A stretch of DNA of 64,000 nt from Actinomycetota bacterium (GTDB lineage Bacteria > Actinomycetota > Acidimicrobiia > Acidimicrobiales > GCA-2861595): contig PJQG01000037.1 in the NCBI GenBank assembly GCA_002861595.1, positions 15,389 to 79,388 of the forward strand. Reading direction: 5' to 3'. Below the pieces are notes generated by a model. That model did no database searches and was not told the DNA's origin. It saw only the letters and a list, made by a program, of their open reading frames with translations. Made by a program: the position numbers and the translations under genes. Positions 1 through 10,166 of this stretch are shown piece by piece; within the stretch, counting starts at the first letter, position 1; every line of letters starts with the position of its first letter.

Positions 1-49
1 TCGAGCGGTTCCGCCGCACTTTGCTCGAGGAGTGAGGCCAAGTCCGGTC

Positions 50-211
50 CTACACCTGCGAGCCCGCTCGCACCGCCGCCGCCATCCGAGGGCCCGCCGC
101 GAAGTACGTCCGGCCCGGTGCATCGACATGGGCGTCACCGATCTCTTCGATCACAGCCCCGTACTGCTCCTCCGTCCCGCCTGGACAGAAGACCAACCGT
201 CCCCACGCCAT
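50..211 (-). pseudogene. Short or truncated hypothetical protein (MAWGRLVFCPGGTEEQYGAVIEEIG...YFAAGP)
   Basis: Hand translation; RBS-like GGAG before ATG; resembles the N-half of small actinobacterial 'PGGT.EQY...AAGP' proteins and ends early. Confidence 0.35.
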
Positions 212-298
212 CTCCGCCTCCGTCCTCGTTGCCGACCTGGCGCGGGATGCCCGGTGATGCGGGTCCTTCGCCCTTGGACGCTCCTCGCCTGCCCGGCG

Positions 299-601
299 TC
301 AGTCGCCGAACTCGAACATCTCGCCCAGGAACGACCGCTTCCGCTTGTGCGGCCTCCGGTCGTGGCGGTCGTCGCGCTGGTAGCGGTCGTCGCGCTCGTC
401 CCGGCGGTAACGGTCGTCGTCCGAATAGTCCTTGTCGTCGCGGCGCGCAGTAGCGCCGGCCAGCTCCTCGGAAGCGCGATCGATGACCTTGTCGAGCTCG
501 CCCCTGTCGAGCCACACGCCACGGCAGCGCGGGCAGTAGTCGACCTCGACGCCCTGCCGCTCGCTCATCTGAAGAGTCTCGCCGTCAACCGGGCAGTTCA
601 C
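299..601 (-). CDS. TFIIB-type zinc ribbon (zf-TFIIB) protein
   Basis: CPVD...EVDYCPRCRGVWLDRGEL motif, RD-rich tail, SFLGEMF C-terminus; TAGTGT -10 just before the GTG. Confidence 0.85.
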   Translation of the reverse strand: MNCPVDGETLQMSERQGVEVDYCPRCRGVWLDRGELDKVIDRASEELAGATARRDDKDYSDDDRYRRDERDDRYQRDDRHDRRPHKRKRSFLGEMFEFGD

Positions 602-752
602 GCTCTCACACTACGCGGCTTTCGAGCGACCTGCGGGCGAGCGGGGTAGGTACTCCCCGACCAGCTCCCCCCGGCCCGCGACCACCCCTGCCGTCATGGC
701 CGACGGCACCAGCGGGTACAAGCGAGAGACGAACCGACGAAAGGAACCGACC

Positions 753-986
753 GTGGAAAAAGACACCGGCCCGGAAGCCGGCGCCAAGGGCGCCATCGAG
801 GAGATCAAGGGAAGGGTGAAGGAAGCCGCCGGCGCGCTCGTCGGCGACCAGGACCTCGAGCGTGAAGGCGACGCGCAGCAGGCAAAGGCCGATGCGCAGC
901 GCGAGGTGGCCGAGCAGGAGGCGAGAGCAGACGCAGCCCGAGGTGAGGCCGAGGCGCGAGAGGCCGAGCAGCGCAGTCACCAGTAA
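753..986 (+). CDS. CsbD family general stress protein
   Basis: KGRVKEAAGALVGDQDLEREG motif; AAGGA RBS before GTG 753. Confidence 0.85.
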   Translation: MEKDTGPEAGAKGAIEEIKGRVKEAAGALVGDQDLEREGDAQQAKADAQREVAEQEARADAARGEAEAREAEQRSHQ

Positions 987-1115
987 GAGGCGGCTTGCCC
1001 CAGAGGAGTTGTGCACCTCGCCACCGGCCACTGTCCGAACTGAAGCGGCCCGAAGCTCGTCGCCGCGTTGCTCATTGATCCTGCCAGCAGGCGCTCGTCG
1101 TAGAGAGCGCCGCGG

Positions 1116-1241
1116 GTGACGCTCCTCGACCATCTCCACATCTCGATCGAGAGCTTGTCCATCGCCGGCGGCCTGCTCCTCAGCGCCGTCGCCGTGCGGC
1201 TCGTGGACGGCCTGCGCTCCCTGGTCCGAAGGGGCGTGTAG
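1116..1241 (+). pseudogene. Internally deleted MarC-family remnant
   Basis: Translates LLDHLHISIESLSIAGGLLLSAVAVRLVDGLRSLV, resembling MarC N-region joined to the MarC C-terminus. Confidence 0.5.
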
Positions 1242-1245
1242 CGAG

Positions 1246-2781
1246 ATGCACGACGCCGGCGTCGACGTCGTGGTGGGAGCGGGGCACAACGGGCTCGTGG
1301 CCGCCTGTTACCTCGCCCAGGCGGGTCGCGAGGTGGTGGTCGTCGAGCAGCTCGACCGACCGGGCGGCGGCTCCCGGACCGAGGAGACGGTGCCGGGCTA
1401 CCGGTTCGACCTGCACTCGGTCGCTCACAACATCATCAACATGACCGACATCCCGGCCGAGCTGGACCTGGCCGGCGCCGGCCTCGACTACATCGAGATG
1501 GACCCCTTCTCCATCGCCATCCACCAGGACGGCCGGCGCGTGCGGTTCTTCCGGTCGATCGAGGCGACGGTGGAGTCGATCGCCGAGGAGTCACCGCACG
1601 AGGCGCACGCCTACCGGCGGTTCGTGGACAAGAGCCTTCCCATGGTGCGCACGGTGCTGCCGGCCATCCGCGGCGACAGCTCGCTCAGCGTCCTTCCCCG
1701 CCAGGCCGTCAACCTGGCCCGGGCCTTTCGCCGCCAGCCCCTCACCACCGCCCGCGACACCATCAGCCCCTACGACGCGTTGTTGCGGAGGTGGCTGCCC
1801 TCGGACCTGACCCGAGGACCGGTGGCCGCCTTCGCCGCCCATGCCGGGGTCGGTCCTACCGTGCCCGGTGGAGCGCTCTTCGCCTTCTGGCAGGGCGCCT
1901 ACCACCTGTTCGGCCAGTGGCACGGCCGGGGAGGGGCCCAGAACCTCACCGACGCTCTGGTGGCCCGGCTGGCTTCGCTCGGCGGCGAGTTGCGCTGCTC
2001 GTCCCCGGTCGCCCGCATCGAGGCGACGGCGGGACGGGTACGGGCGGTCGTGCTGGAGGGCGGGGAGCGGATCGCCGCGGCCAACGTGGTCACGGCCATC
2101 GACCCGAAGACGGCGCTGCTCGAGCTGCTCGACCCGGCGCTCGACGGGGAGCCCGGCGCCGACCTGGCCGCCGCCCGCCGCTCCAACGTGGTCCAAGCCG
2201 TGGTCCACGTCGCCACCAACCGCCTCCCCCCCTACGCCGGCAGCCGCTCCTCGGATTGGAACGGGCTGCAGAGCTACGTTGACCATCTCGGCGATCTCAC
2301 CGACGCGTGGCACCAGTCCGAAGCGGGCCGGCTGCCGGATCCACTGCCCCTGTACGCCTTCACCCCCTCCGCCCTGGACGCAACCCTGGCCCCGGCCCAT
2401 CATCACACCGTCTATCTGGCCTGCCCCGCTGCGCCCGCCCGCGTGGAGGGTGGCTGGGCCGCCCGCAAGGAGGAGTTCGTCGAGCGCAGCCTGGACATCC
2501 TCGAGGCCCGAGCACCTGGCTTCCGGGCGTCCATCACAGGGCTGGCCAGCTGGACGCCCGACGAGATGGAGCGCGTCGAGCGGTGGCCCGGGGGCCACCC
2601 GATGTACCTCGACATCGCCTTGGACCAGCTCGGCCCATTCCGCCCCACCAAGCGCCTCGGCGGTTGGCGCACCCCGGTGACGGGGCTGTACATCTCCGGG
2701 GCCGGAACCAACCCTTCTGGCGGCATTGCCGGCACCTCGGGGCGCCAGGCAGCCCGAGCGCTCCTCGCCGATCAGCGGTGA
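1246..2781 (+). CDS. Phytoene desaturase-family NAD(P)/FAD-dependent oxidoreductase
   Basis: VVGAGHNGL Rossmann motif; RTPVTGLYISGAGTNPSGG C-terminus. Confidence 0.85.
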   Translation: MHDAGVDVVVGAGHNGLVAACYLAQAGREVVVVEQLDRPGGGSRTEETVPGYRFDLHSVAHNIINMTDIPAELDLAGAGLDYIEMDPFSIAIHQDGRRVRFFRSIEATVESIAEESPHEAHAYRRFVDKSLPMVRTVLPAIRGDSSLSVLPRQAVNLARAFRRQPLTTARDTISPYDALLRRWLPSDLTRGPVAAFAAHAGVGPTVPGGALFAFWQGAYHLFGQWHGRGGAQNLTDALVARLASLGGELRCSSPVARIEATAGRVRAVVLEGGERIAAANVVTAIDPKTALLELLDPALDGEPGADLAAARRSNVVQAVVHVATNRLPPYAGSRSSDWNGLQSYVDHLGDLTDAWHQSEAGRLPDPLPLYAFTPSALDATLAPAHHHTVYLACPAAPARVEGGWAARKEEFVERSLDILEARAPGFRASITGLASWTPDEMERVERWPGGHPMYLDIALDQLGPFRPTKRLGGWRTPVTGLYISGAGTNPSGGIAGTSGRQAARALLADQR

Positions 2782-3599
2782 GAGCCCTGGTTGCGTCGCC
2801 CTTGGGCTTCCTGGTCGGCCTCAGCATGGGCGCCCTCGGAGGCGGCGGGTCGATCCTGGCCGTACCCATCCTCGTGTATGCCGCCGGACAGGGCGCGCGG
2901 GCGGCCACGACGACGTCGCTGATCGTCGTCGGCCTCGCCGCCCTCGCCGCCATGGTGCACCACTGGCGGGCGGGCCGGGTGCGGGCCGGCGTGGGTCTCA
3001 GGTTCGGGCTGGCCGGCATCGCCGCCTCGGTGGGCGGCTCGGCCCTCAACCGCCGCCTCGACCCAGACGTGCTGCTGCTCGCCTTCGCCGGTCTCACCGT
3101 CGTGGCCGCCTGGCGGATGCTCACCGGCTGTCCCAGTTGTACCCCGGCCGGCGAGAGCGACGCTGCGGTGTCCGCCGACGGCAGGTCGGCATCGGTTGCC
3201 GTCGTTCCCGGCCTCTACATCGACGCCACCACGTTCGCCAAGTTGGTCGCGGCAGGCAGCGCCGTCGGCTTCCTCACCGGGTTGTTCGGCGTGGGCGGCG
3301 GCTTCCTCATCGTGCCCGCCCTGACGCTGCTCCTCGGGATCGCCGTGCCCGAGGCCATCGGTACATCGCTGCTGATCATCGCCATCAACGCCGCCGTCGC
3401 CCTTGTCGCCCGACTGGGAACGGCCACGGTCGAGTGGCGGATCACCGTGCTCTTCACCATCGCCGCACTCTCCGGGGCCATCACCGGCAGCCGGGCGGCG
3501 GACCGGCTCCCGGCGCGCACCCTGCTGCGGTGCTTCGCCGCCCTCCTCCTCGCCGTGGCGGCCTACACCGCCACTCGCTCCGTGGTGGCCCTCAGGTGA
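2778..3599 (+). CDS. Sulfite exporter TauE/SafE family membrane protein
   Basis: Duplicated GxxxGxLGxGGG..VP motifs; GTGA overlap with the upstream stop. Confidence 0.88.
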   Translation: MRALVASPLGFLVGLSMGALGGGGSILAVPILVYAAGQGARAATTTSLIVVGLAALAAMVHHWRAGRVRAGVGLRFGLAGIAASVGGSALNRRLDPDVLLLAFAGLTVVAAWRMLTGCPSCTPAGESDAAVSADGRSASVAVVPGLYIDATTFAKLVAAGSAVGFLTGLFGVGGGFLIVPALTLLLGIAVPEAIGTSLLIIAINAAVALVARLGTATVEWRITVLFTIAALSGAITGSRAADRLPARTLLRCFAALLLAVAAYTATRSVVALR

Positions 3600-3647
3600 C
3601 CCCGCTTCGCGGCTGCCCCGATCGAGCGGGCCCTGGCTTTCGCCACC

Positions 3648-3923
3648 TCACTCCAGGTAGCCGGGGTCCTCGTCGTAGTTCATGCCCGGCGGCTCCTCCT
3701 CGATGCGCATCGCCGCCTCTTCGGCGGAAAAGCCGGCGCCGCCCTCGACGCTCGTCTCGCCCACCATCGTCGGCTCGTTGTCGGGCCCGAAGGGATCGTC
3801 GAGTTCATAGAGCTGGGGCGGGCGGGGACCGCCCAGCGGCTCCTCGTCGAGGTCCAAGGCGGACAGCACCTCCTCGTCCACGAGGTCGGGGGCCAGCTCT
3901 CCGGAAAAGTCGCCTGTCGCCAT
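3648..3923 (-). CDS. Small acidic hypothetical protein (DUF5709-like)
   Basis: Acidic, SAEEAAM motif. Confidence 0.6.
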   Translation of the reverse strand: MATGDFSGELAPDLVDEEVLSALDLDEEPLGGPRPPQLYELDDPFGPDNEPTMVGETSVEGGAGFSAEEAAMRIEEEPPGMNYDEDPGYLE

Positions 3924-4040
3924 GGCGTTCCCCTACCCGGGCCCAGGCACCGCCATGCAATCGCGGCATCCGCGACCACGGCGAACCGCGCCACTACCCT
4001 CGCTGCTGTACCCGGGTGCAGCGATGCGCCCCCTGAAGAG

Positions 4041-4526
4041 GTGGTGCCCGTGACGGCCTCGATCCTCCAGCGCCTGCTGCTCGCCACTGCCGCTGCCCTG
4101 CTCGTGGCCGGCGTTGCCGGCGCCGCGGTGCACGACGACGACGGCGACGGCGACGTGGCCGCCGGGCGAGAGCAGGAGCGGGCGGCCGGCTCGACCGTCG
4201 CCCCCCCTGCCACCCCGGCGCCGGCGGCGCCCACCACTGCCCTTCCGGATGGGAGTGAGGGGGCTCAGCCGGCCCCGCCCCTGGCCGGGGCCCCGGCGGG
4301 GACCACCACGGAGGGCGCTTCGACTCCCTCGGCGGCGCGCCGTCAGGCCGGCGGTGCTGGCGGCGGCAGCGGGCTCACGACCAGCGGCAACGGGGAGGTC
4401 GCCTCGGGGGCGACGCCCCTCGCCGACACCGGTTCGCAACCACTGGCCGTCCCCGGCGCGCTCCTGTTGGCGCTCGGTGGTGCCGGCCGGGCCGTGCTCC
4501 GCGCCGCCACACGGCAAGCCCGCTGA
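4041..4526 (+). CDS. Secreted Pro/Ala/Thr-rich protein with LAXTG sorting-signal-like C-terminus
   Basis: N-terminal hydrophobic segment; LADTG followed by hydrophobic stretch and basic tail. Confidence 0.6.
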   Translation: MVPVTASILQRLLLATAAALLVAGVAGAAVHDDDGDGDVAAGREQERAAGSTVAPPATPAPAAPTTALPDGSEGAQPAPPLAGAPAGTTTEGASTPSAARRQAGGAGGGSGLTTSGNGEVASGATPLADTGSQPLAVPGALLLALGGAGRAVLRAATRQAR

Positions 4527-4564
4527 ACCAACCACCCACGGGCCGATCGTCGGGCCCGTCGACC

Positions 4565-5677
4565 ATGCCCGTCACGCTCACCGGCGTCGAGCTGCGCCGG
4601 GTCACCCTGCCGCTGGTGACGCCGTTGCGCACCTCGCAGAGCGAAGACAGCGAGCGAGACGTCCTCGTGGTGCGCGTCTTCACCACTGACGCAGAGGGGT
4701 GGGGGGAATGCGCGGCGCCGGCGCAGCCCGTCTACAGCTCTGAGTACGTCGACGGCGCCCACGACGTCATGCGCCGCCACCTCGTGCCCCGGTTGCTGGC
4801 GGCGCGCAGCCTCAGGGCCGAGGACCTGGCCGCGGCGCTGGGCGGCGTACAGGGCCATCGCATGGCCAAGGCCGGCCTCGAGATGGCGCTGCTGGACGCC
4901 GAGCTCCGGGCCGGAGGGCTTGCGCTGGCCGCCTATCTGGGTGCCACGCGAACCGCCGTCGAGGCGGGGGTCGCGGTCGGGATCATGGGCTCGCTGCCCG
5001 AGCTGCTCGAGGCCGTCGGCCGGTACGTCGCGGACGGCTACCGCCGGGTCAAGCTGAAGATCGGGCCGGGTTGGGACGTGGAGCCCGTGGCCGAGGTGCG
5101 CCGCCGGTTCGGCGACGACCTGATCCTGCTCGTCGACGCCAACCGGTCCTACCGGCTGAGCGACGCCGAGCGCCTGGCCGCTCTCGACCCCTTCGACCTC
5201 GCCTGCATCGAGCAGCCGCTGGCCGCCGACGCGCTGCTGGCCCACGCCGAGCTGGCGCGACGGCTGCGCACGCCCATCTGCCTCGACGAGTCGATCACCT
5301 CCGCCGCCGTGGCCGCCGACGCCATCGCCGTGGGCGCCACCGCCGTCGTGAACGTGAAGGCGCCACGGGTGGGCGGTCTCGTCGAGGCCCGGCGGGTCCA
5401 CGACGTGTGCCAGGACGCCGGCGTGCCCGTCTGCTGCGGCGGCATGCTCGACACCGGCATCGGCCGGGCCGCCAACGTGGCCCTCGCCGCGCTACCCAAC
5501 TTCACGTTGCCGGGCGACCTGTCGGCGTCCGACCGGTACTTCGCCACCGACCTCACCCAGCCCTTCAGCCTGGTGGACGGTCGCCTCCGCGTCCCCACGG
5601 CACCGGGCCTCGGCGTGACCTTGCAGCTCGACGTCCTCGCCCGTCACACCACCTCGGTGGAGCGGTTCACGCTGTAG
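4565..5677 (+). CDS. menC: o-succinylbenzoate synthase / N-acylamino acid racemase (enolase superfamily)
   Basis: KLKIGPG, VDAN, IEQP, CLDES, GGML, PGDLSASDRY motifs. Confidence 0.88.
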   Translation: MPVTLTGVELRRVTLPLVTPLRTSQSEDSERDVLVVRVFTTDAEGWGECAAPAQPVYSSEYVDGAHDVMRRHLVPRLLAARSLRAEDLAAALGGVQGHRMAKAGLEMALLDAELRAGGLALAAYLGATRTAVEAGVAVGIMGSLPELLEAVGRYVADGYRRVKLKIGPGWDVEPVAEVRRRFGDDLILLVDANRSYRLSDAERLAALDPFDLACIEQPLAADALLAHAELARRLRTPICLDESITSAAVAADAIAVGATAVVNVKAPRVGGLVEARRVHDVCQDAGVPVCCGGMLDTGIGRAANVALAALPNFTLPGDLSASDRYFATDLTQPFSLVDGRLRVPTAPGLGVTLQLDVLARHTTSVERFTL

Positions 5678-5709
5678 ACCTTCGGCGGCCCTTCTCAGTG
5701 ATGTGAGGG

Positions 5710-5745
5710 TTGCCAAATATCTATTCTTAGTCTAGCCTAACCTCG
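5710..5745 (+). promoter_or_regulatory. SigA-type promoter (TTGCCA-17-TAGCCT) overlapped by an IdeR/DtxR-type box (5727-5745)
   Basis: TTAGTCTAGCCTAACCTCG matches TTAGGTTAGCCTAACCTAA at 15/19 positions, in an AT-rich patch. Confidence 0.75.
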
Positions 5746-5782
5746 TCAAGCCGGCCGAGAACGGCCCTGTACGAGGAGAGAC

Positions 5783-7456
5783 ATGGTGAGGCTCGTCAAG
5801 ATGGTACGGAGGGCGGCACGGACGGCGGCGGTGGTGTCGGTGGCCTCGGCGCTGGCCGGGGCGGCCTGCTCGCCCAGCCCGTCGAGCGACGACCAGCGCC
5901 CGGCGAGCGCACCGAGATCCGTCGAGCGCCTCACCATCGCCGTCGACCAGGACCGGGGGCCGCTGAACGTCTTCGTCGACGCCGACCCCCGACTGCTGGA
6001 GCTGGTCTACGACACGCTGCTCTCCCCCAGCCCGTACGTGGGCAAGGGCAAGCCCTGGCTGGCCGAGGAGGTCCGCCAGGTGGACGCCCGCACGTGGGAG
6101 GCCCGCGTCCGCCAGGGCGTCGCCTGGCAGGACGGCCGTCCCTTCACCGCCGGCGACGTCGCCTTCACCTTCCAGTACTTCAAGACGGCGCCGCCCGTCG
6201 GCAGCTGGACGCATCACGTCAACGACGTGCCCACCATCGAGCGGGCGGAGACGCTCGACGCCGGCACCGTGCGCCTGACGTGTGCCTTCGCCTGCCCCGA
6301 TCTCGGCCCCATCACCCTGTCCTACCTCCCCATCCTCCCCCGCCACCTCTTCGAGGGCGTGGCCAAGCCCGCCGAGCTCACCGGCCTGCCCATCGGCACC
6401 GGCCCCTACCGCCTCACCTCCTACAGCCCGACCTCGGGCTACCGCTTCACCGCCAACCGCGCCTACTTCGCCGGCGCGCCGCTCGTGGGCGAGATCGTCA
6501 TGCCCATCATCCCCGACGTCAACGCCACCTTCACCGCGCTGCGGACCGGCGAGGTCGACGCCACCACCCGCTCGGTGCCCCCCGAGCTGGTCCAGCAGTT
6601 CCGCCGCCAGCCGGGCCTGCAGGAGGTCACCACCACGCCGCTCAAGTTCCCCGAGCTGCGGATGAACTTCCTCCGGGCCCCCTTCGACGTTCCCGACTTC
6701 CGCCGGGCCGTCTCCCGCGCCGTCGACCGAGCCGACCTCCTGCGCACCGTGGGCCTCGGCCAGGGCCGACCCGCCGACAAGGGCTACCCGCATCCCGGTT
6801 CACCGTGGACCAACCCGCGGCTCTCGACGCCCACCGACGGGCGCGAGGCGCGCCGCATCCTCGACGGCCTCGACTTCACCGATCGCGACGGCGACGGCGT
6901 GCGGGAGCGGCCGTCGGGCGAGCCGTTGGCCCTGAGCATCAAGGCCAACGGCGACGAGCCGACCCACGTGCGGGCAGCCGAGCTGGTGGCCGGGCACCTG
7001 AAGGAGGTGGGCATCGCCGCCACCGTGCAGGTCATCGACGCCGCCGCCCTGAAGGCCCTCGCCACGTCCCGCGACTTCGACCTGACCGTCAGCGAGATCG
7101 GCGCCCACGGCGTGGCCGACCCCACGCAGTTCGTCATGTCCCACCGCTCGGGGTACCTCTGGCAGGCCCCGAAGGTCGCCTACCCCGAGTGGGACGTGCT
7201 GTTCGAGCGGTGGAAGGCCACCACGACGGTCCCCGAGCGCACCGCAGTGATGTTCGAGATGCAGGAGCTGTTCAACCGCCAGCCCACGTCCGTCCCGCTC
7301 TACTACCCCGAGGAGCACTACGCGTTCCGGCCCGCGTCCTTCTCGGGCTGGGCCGAGTCGCCCGGCTTCGGCATCGTCCACAAGTGGTCGTTCCTTCCCC
7401 GCGAGGTGGCCCGAAGGGTCGACGCCCTGAGCCAGGAGTTCGGGCCGCGCCGGTGA
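5783..7456 (+). CDS. ABC transporter substrate-binding lipoprotein, family 5 (Opp/Dpp/Nik type)
   Basis: Lipobox-like GAAC; WQDGRPFTAGDVAFT and PIGTGPY motifs. Confidence 0.92.
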   Translation: MVRLVKMVRRAARTAAVVSVASALAGAACSPSPSSDDQRPASAPRSVERLTIAVDQDRGPLNVFVDADPRLLELVYDTLLSPSPYVGKGKPWLAEEVRQVDARTWEARVRQGVAWQDGRPFTAGDVAFTFQYFKTAPPVGSWTHHVNDVPTIERAETLDAGTVRLTCAFACPDLGPITLSYLPILPRHLFEGVAKPAELTGLPIGTGPYRLTSYSPTSGYRFTANRAYFAGAPLVGEIVMPIIPDVNATFTALRTGEVDATTRSVPPELVQQFRRQPGLQEVTTTPLKFPELRMNFLRAPFDVPDFRRAVSRAVDRADLLRTVGLGQGRPADKGYPHPGSPWTNPRLSTPTDGREARRILDGLDFTDRDGDGVRERPSGEPLALSIKANGDEPTHVRAAELVAGHLKEVGIAATVQVIDAAALKALATSRDFDLTVSEIGAHGVADPTQFVMSHRSGYLWQAPKVAYPEWDVLFERWKATTTVPERTAVMFEMQELFNRQPTSVPLYYPEEHYAFRPASFSGWAESPGFGIVHKWSFLPREVARRVDALSQEFGPRR

Positions 7457-8442
7457 AGCGATGGCGACGGGCGGCGAGGGTGGCGCAGTACGCGCTGGTC
7501 CTGTGGGCCGCCATCAGCCTCAACTTCCTCCTGCCTCACCTCGCGCCCGGCGATCCCGTCGACGTCTTCACCGGCGACGCCAACGCCCTCAACGCCGAGG
7601 AGCGGGCCCGGCTCCGGGCCGACTACGACCTCGACGGCTCGCTGGCCGAGCAGTACGGTCGCTCCTGGGCCCGGCTGGCCCGGGGGGACCTCGGGACCTC
7701 GGTGCGCTACAGCCGCCCGGTCGCCAGCGTGCTCGCCGACCGGCTGCCGTGGACGCTGGCCCTGGTAGGGCTGGCCACCGTGATCGCCTTCGCCATCGGC
7801 GTGGCGGCCGGGGCCTCCGCCGCCCGCCGGCGGGGTCGACGAAGCGACGTCGTCGCCGTGAGCGGCCTCATGGCCCTCGACGCCATGCCGGGCTTCTGGA
7901 TCGGCATGGTGCTCCTGGCCGTGTTCGCCGTCCAGCTCGGCTGGCTGCCGTCGTTCGGCGCCGTCCCCCTCGATGCCGCGCCGCCCAGCCTGGCCTGGCT
8001 CTCCGAGGTGGGGCGCCGGCTCGTCCTGCCCGTGGCCACCCTCGTCCTGGCCACCGTGGGCAGCACGTTCCTCCTGGCCCGGGCGGCCATGGTGTCAGCC
8101 CTGGAGGCGCCCTATGTCGGGCTGGCCGAGGCCGCCGGCCTGTCGCCCCGTCGCATCGTCTACCGCCACGCCCTCCGCAACGCCCTGCTCCCGCTGTTCA
8201 CCCACCTCACCTTGACCCTCGGGACGCTGCTGTCCGGCGCCGTCGTGGTGGAGACGGTGTTCTCCTACCCAGGCCTCGGGCGAGTGGCCTTCGAGGCCGT
8301 CCAGGCCCGGGACTACGCACTGCTCCAGGGCGCCTTCCTGCTGGTGACGGTGACGGTCATCGCCGCCAACGTGGTCGCCGACCTGGCCTACCCCTGGCTC
8401 GACCCCCGGGTCCGCCGGGCTCCGATGGTGAAGCCGGCATGA
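7453..8442 (+). CDS. ABC permease (DppB/OppB type)
   Basis: PGDP, GDLGTS, HALRNAL, VETVFSYPGLG motifs. Confidence 0.9.
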   Translation: MKRWRRAARVAQYALVLWAAISLNFLLPHLAPGDPVDVFTGDANALNAEERARLRADYDLDGSLAEQYGRSWARLARGDLGTSVRYSRPVASVLADRLPWTLALVGLATVIAFAIGVAAGASAARRRGRRSDVVAVSGLMALDAMPGFWIGMVLLAVFAVQLGWLPSFGAVPLDAAPPSLAWLSEVGRRLVLPVATLVLATVGSTFLLARAAMVSALEAPYVGLAEAAGLSPRRIVYRHALRNALLPLFTHLTLTLGTLLSGAVVVETVFSYPGLGRVAFEAVQARDYALLQGAFLLVTVTVIAANVVADLAYPWLDPRVRRAPMVKPA

Positions 8443-10166
8443 AGGCGGGAGCTCGTGGCGCACACCGGCGCCTCCACCTCGGCCGGACCGGGGCCACCGG
8501 CGTCGCCGTGCTCGGCGTCCTGGCCGCCATCGCCGCCGCCGCGCCCGTCCTCGCTCCCTTCGACCCCGGAGCACGGGTCGGCGCACCGTTCTCGCCGCCG
8601 AGCACGACCCACCTCCTCGGCACCAACGACGTCGGGCAGGACCTGCTCAGCGAGCTCGTCTTCGGTGCCCGGGCGTCGCTCGCCGTCGGCCTCGCCGCCG
8701 CCGCTGCGTCCACGGCGATCGGCACCGCCATCGGGCTGACGGCGGGGTACGCCCGAGGCTGGGTGGACACCGTGCTGATGCGCATCGTGGACGTGGTGCT
8801 GTCGCTGCCCTTCCTGCCCTTGGCCATCGTCATCGGCGTCGTCCTCGGGCCCGGCCTGGCCACCCTGGTCCTGCTCATCGCCGCGGTGACGTGGGCGGGG
8901 ACGGCACGTTCCCTGCGGTCCCAGGTGCTGGCCGTGCGGGAGCTCGACCACGTGTCGGCGGCGCGGGCCATGGGGGCGACGACCTCCCATGTGCTCTGGC
9001 GCCACGTGCTGGTCGACGTGACGCCCCTCGTGGTGCCCCAGTTCGTCCTGGCCGCCAAGGTGGCCATCCTCCTCGAGGCCAGCCTCAGCTTCCTCGGCCT
9101 CGGAGACCGCACCACCAGGAGCTGGGGCACGACGTTGTCGTTCGCCTTCGAGCGCAGCGCCTTCCTCACCGACGCGTGGCTGTGGTGGGTGGTACCGCCC
9201 GGCGCATGCATCGCCCTCGCCGTGCTCGGCTTCTCCCTGGTCGGGTACGGCATCGAGGAGATGTCGCGCCCTCGGCTGCGGCGCCGGCCGGCGCCGGTGT
9301 GGCAGCGCCAGAGCGTGCCCGCCGGCTCCGCGGCCGCGGGCGAAAGCGCGCCCGTGCCCGTGCTCGAGATCGTCGACCTCGGCGTCCGCTACGACACGCC
9401 CTCCGGAGCGGTGCTGGCCCTCGACGGTGTCTCGCTCACCGTCGCCGCCGGCGAGGTGGTCGGGCTCATCGGCGAGTCGGGGAGCGGCAAGAGCACGGTG
9501 GTGACCGCTGCCGCCGGCCTGCTGCGGGCACCGGCCGTGGTGACCCACGGGGGCGTCTTCCTCGACGGTGAGGAGTTGGGAGCCCTGTCCCCCGACGAGC
9601 TGCGCCGGCGGCGGGGGACGAGGGTCGCCCTGGTGCCCCAGGAGGCCATGGCCGCCCTCAACCCGGTCCTGTCCGTCGGCGACCAGGTGGTCGAGGCCAT
9701 CCGGGCCCACCAACCGCTCAGCCGGGCGCAGGGAAGGGCCCGGGCGGCGCAGCTGCTGGCCATGGTCGGGATCGACCCCGCCCGGGCGGGTGACCACCCC
9801 CACCAGTTCTCCGGGGGCATGCGCCAGCGCATCGTCATCGCCATGGCCCTGGCCAACGAACCGGCCGTGCTCATCGCCGACGAACCCACCACCGGGCTCG
9901 ACCTCGTCACCGCCGCCGACGTGCTGCGCCTCCTGGCCTCACTCCAGGCCCGCCTCGGCATGGCCATGCTCGTCGTCTCCCACGATCTGCCGGCGGTGCT
10001 GGGCCTGGCGACCCGCGTCATCGTCCTCGAGGACGGCCGCGTCGTCGAGGAGGGCACGGGCGAGCGGGTCTCGTCGCTGCCCTCCCACCCTCACACCAAG
10101 GCGCTGATCGACGCCATCCCCCGGCTGCGGCCCCCGTCCCCGGCGGTCCCCGAGCGGGTCCCATGA
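8439..10166 (+). CDS. Fused ABC permease (DppC type) and ATP-binding domain (DppD type)
   Basis: HLLGTNDVGQD, LSFLGLG then GESGSGKS and PHQFSGGMRQR. Confidence 0.9.
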   Translation: MKAGARGAHRRLHLGRTGATGVAVLGVLAAIAAAAPVLAPFDPGARVGAPFSPPSTTHLLGTNDVGQDLLSELVFGARASLAVGLAAAAASTAIGTAIGLTAGYARGWVDTVLMRIVDVVLSLPFLPLAIVIGVVLGPGLATLVLLIAAVTWAGTARSLRSQVLAVRELDHVSAARAMGATTSHVLWRHVLVDVTPLVVPQFVLAAKVAILLEASLSFLGLGDRTTRSWGTTLSFAFERSAFLTDAWLWWVVPPGACIALAVLGFSLVGYGIEEMSRPRLRRRPAPVWQRQSVPAGSAAAGESAPVPVLEIVDLGVRYDTPSGAVLALDGVSLTVAAGEVVGLIGESGSGKSTVVTAAAGLLRAPAVVTHGGVFLDGEELGALSPDELRRRRGTRVALVPQEAMAALNPVLSVGDQVVEAIRAHQPLSRAQGRARAAQLLAMVGIDPARAGDHPHQFSGGMRQRIVIAMALANEPAVLIADEPTTGLDLVTAADVLRLLASLQARLGMAMLVVSHDLPAVLGLATRVIVLEDGRVVEEGTGERVSSLPSHPHTKALIDAIPRLRPPSPAVPERVP

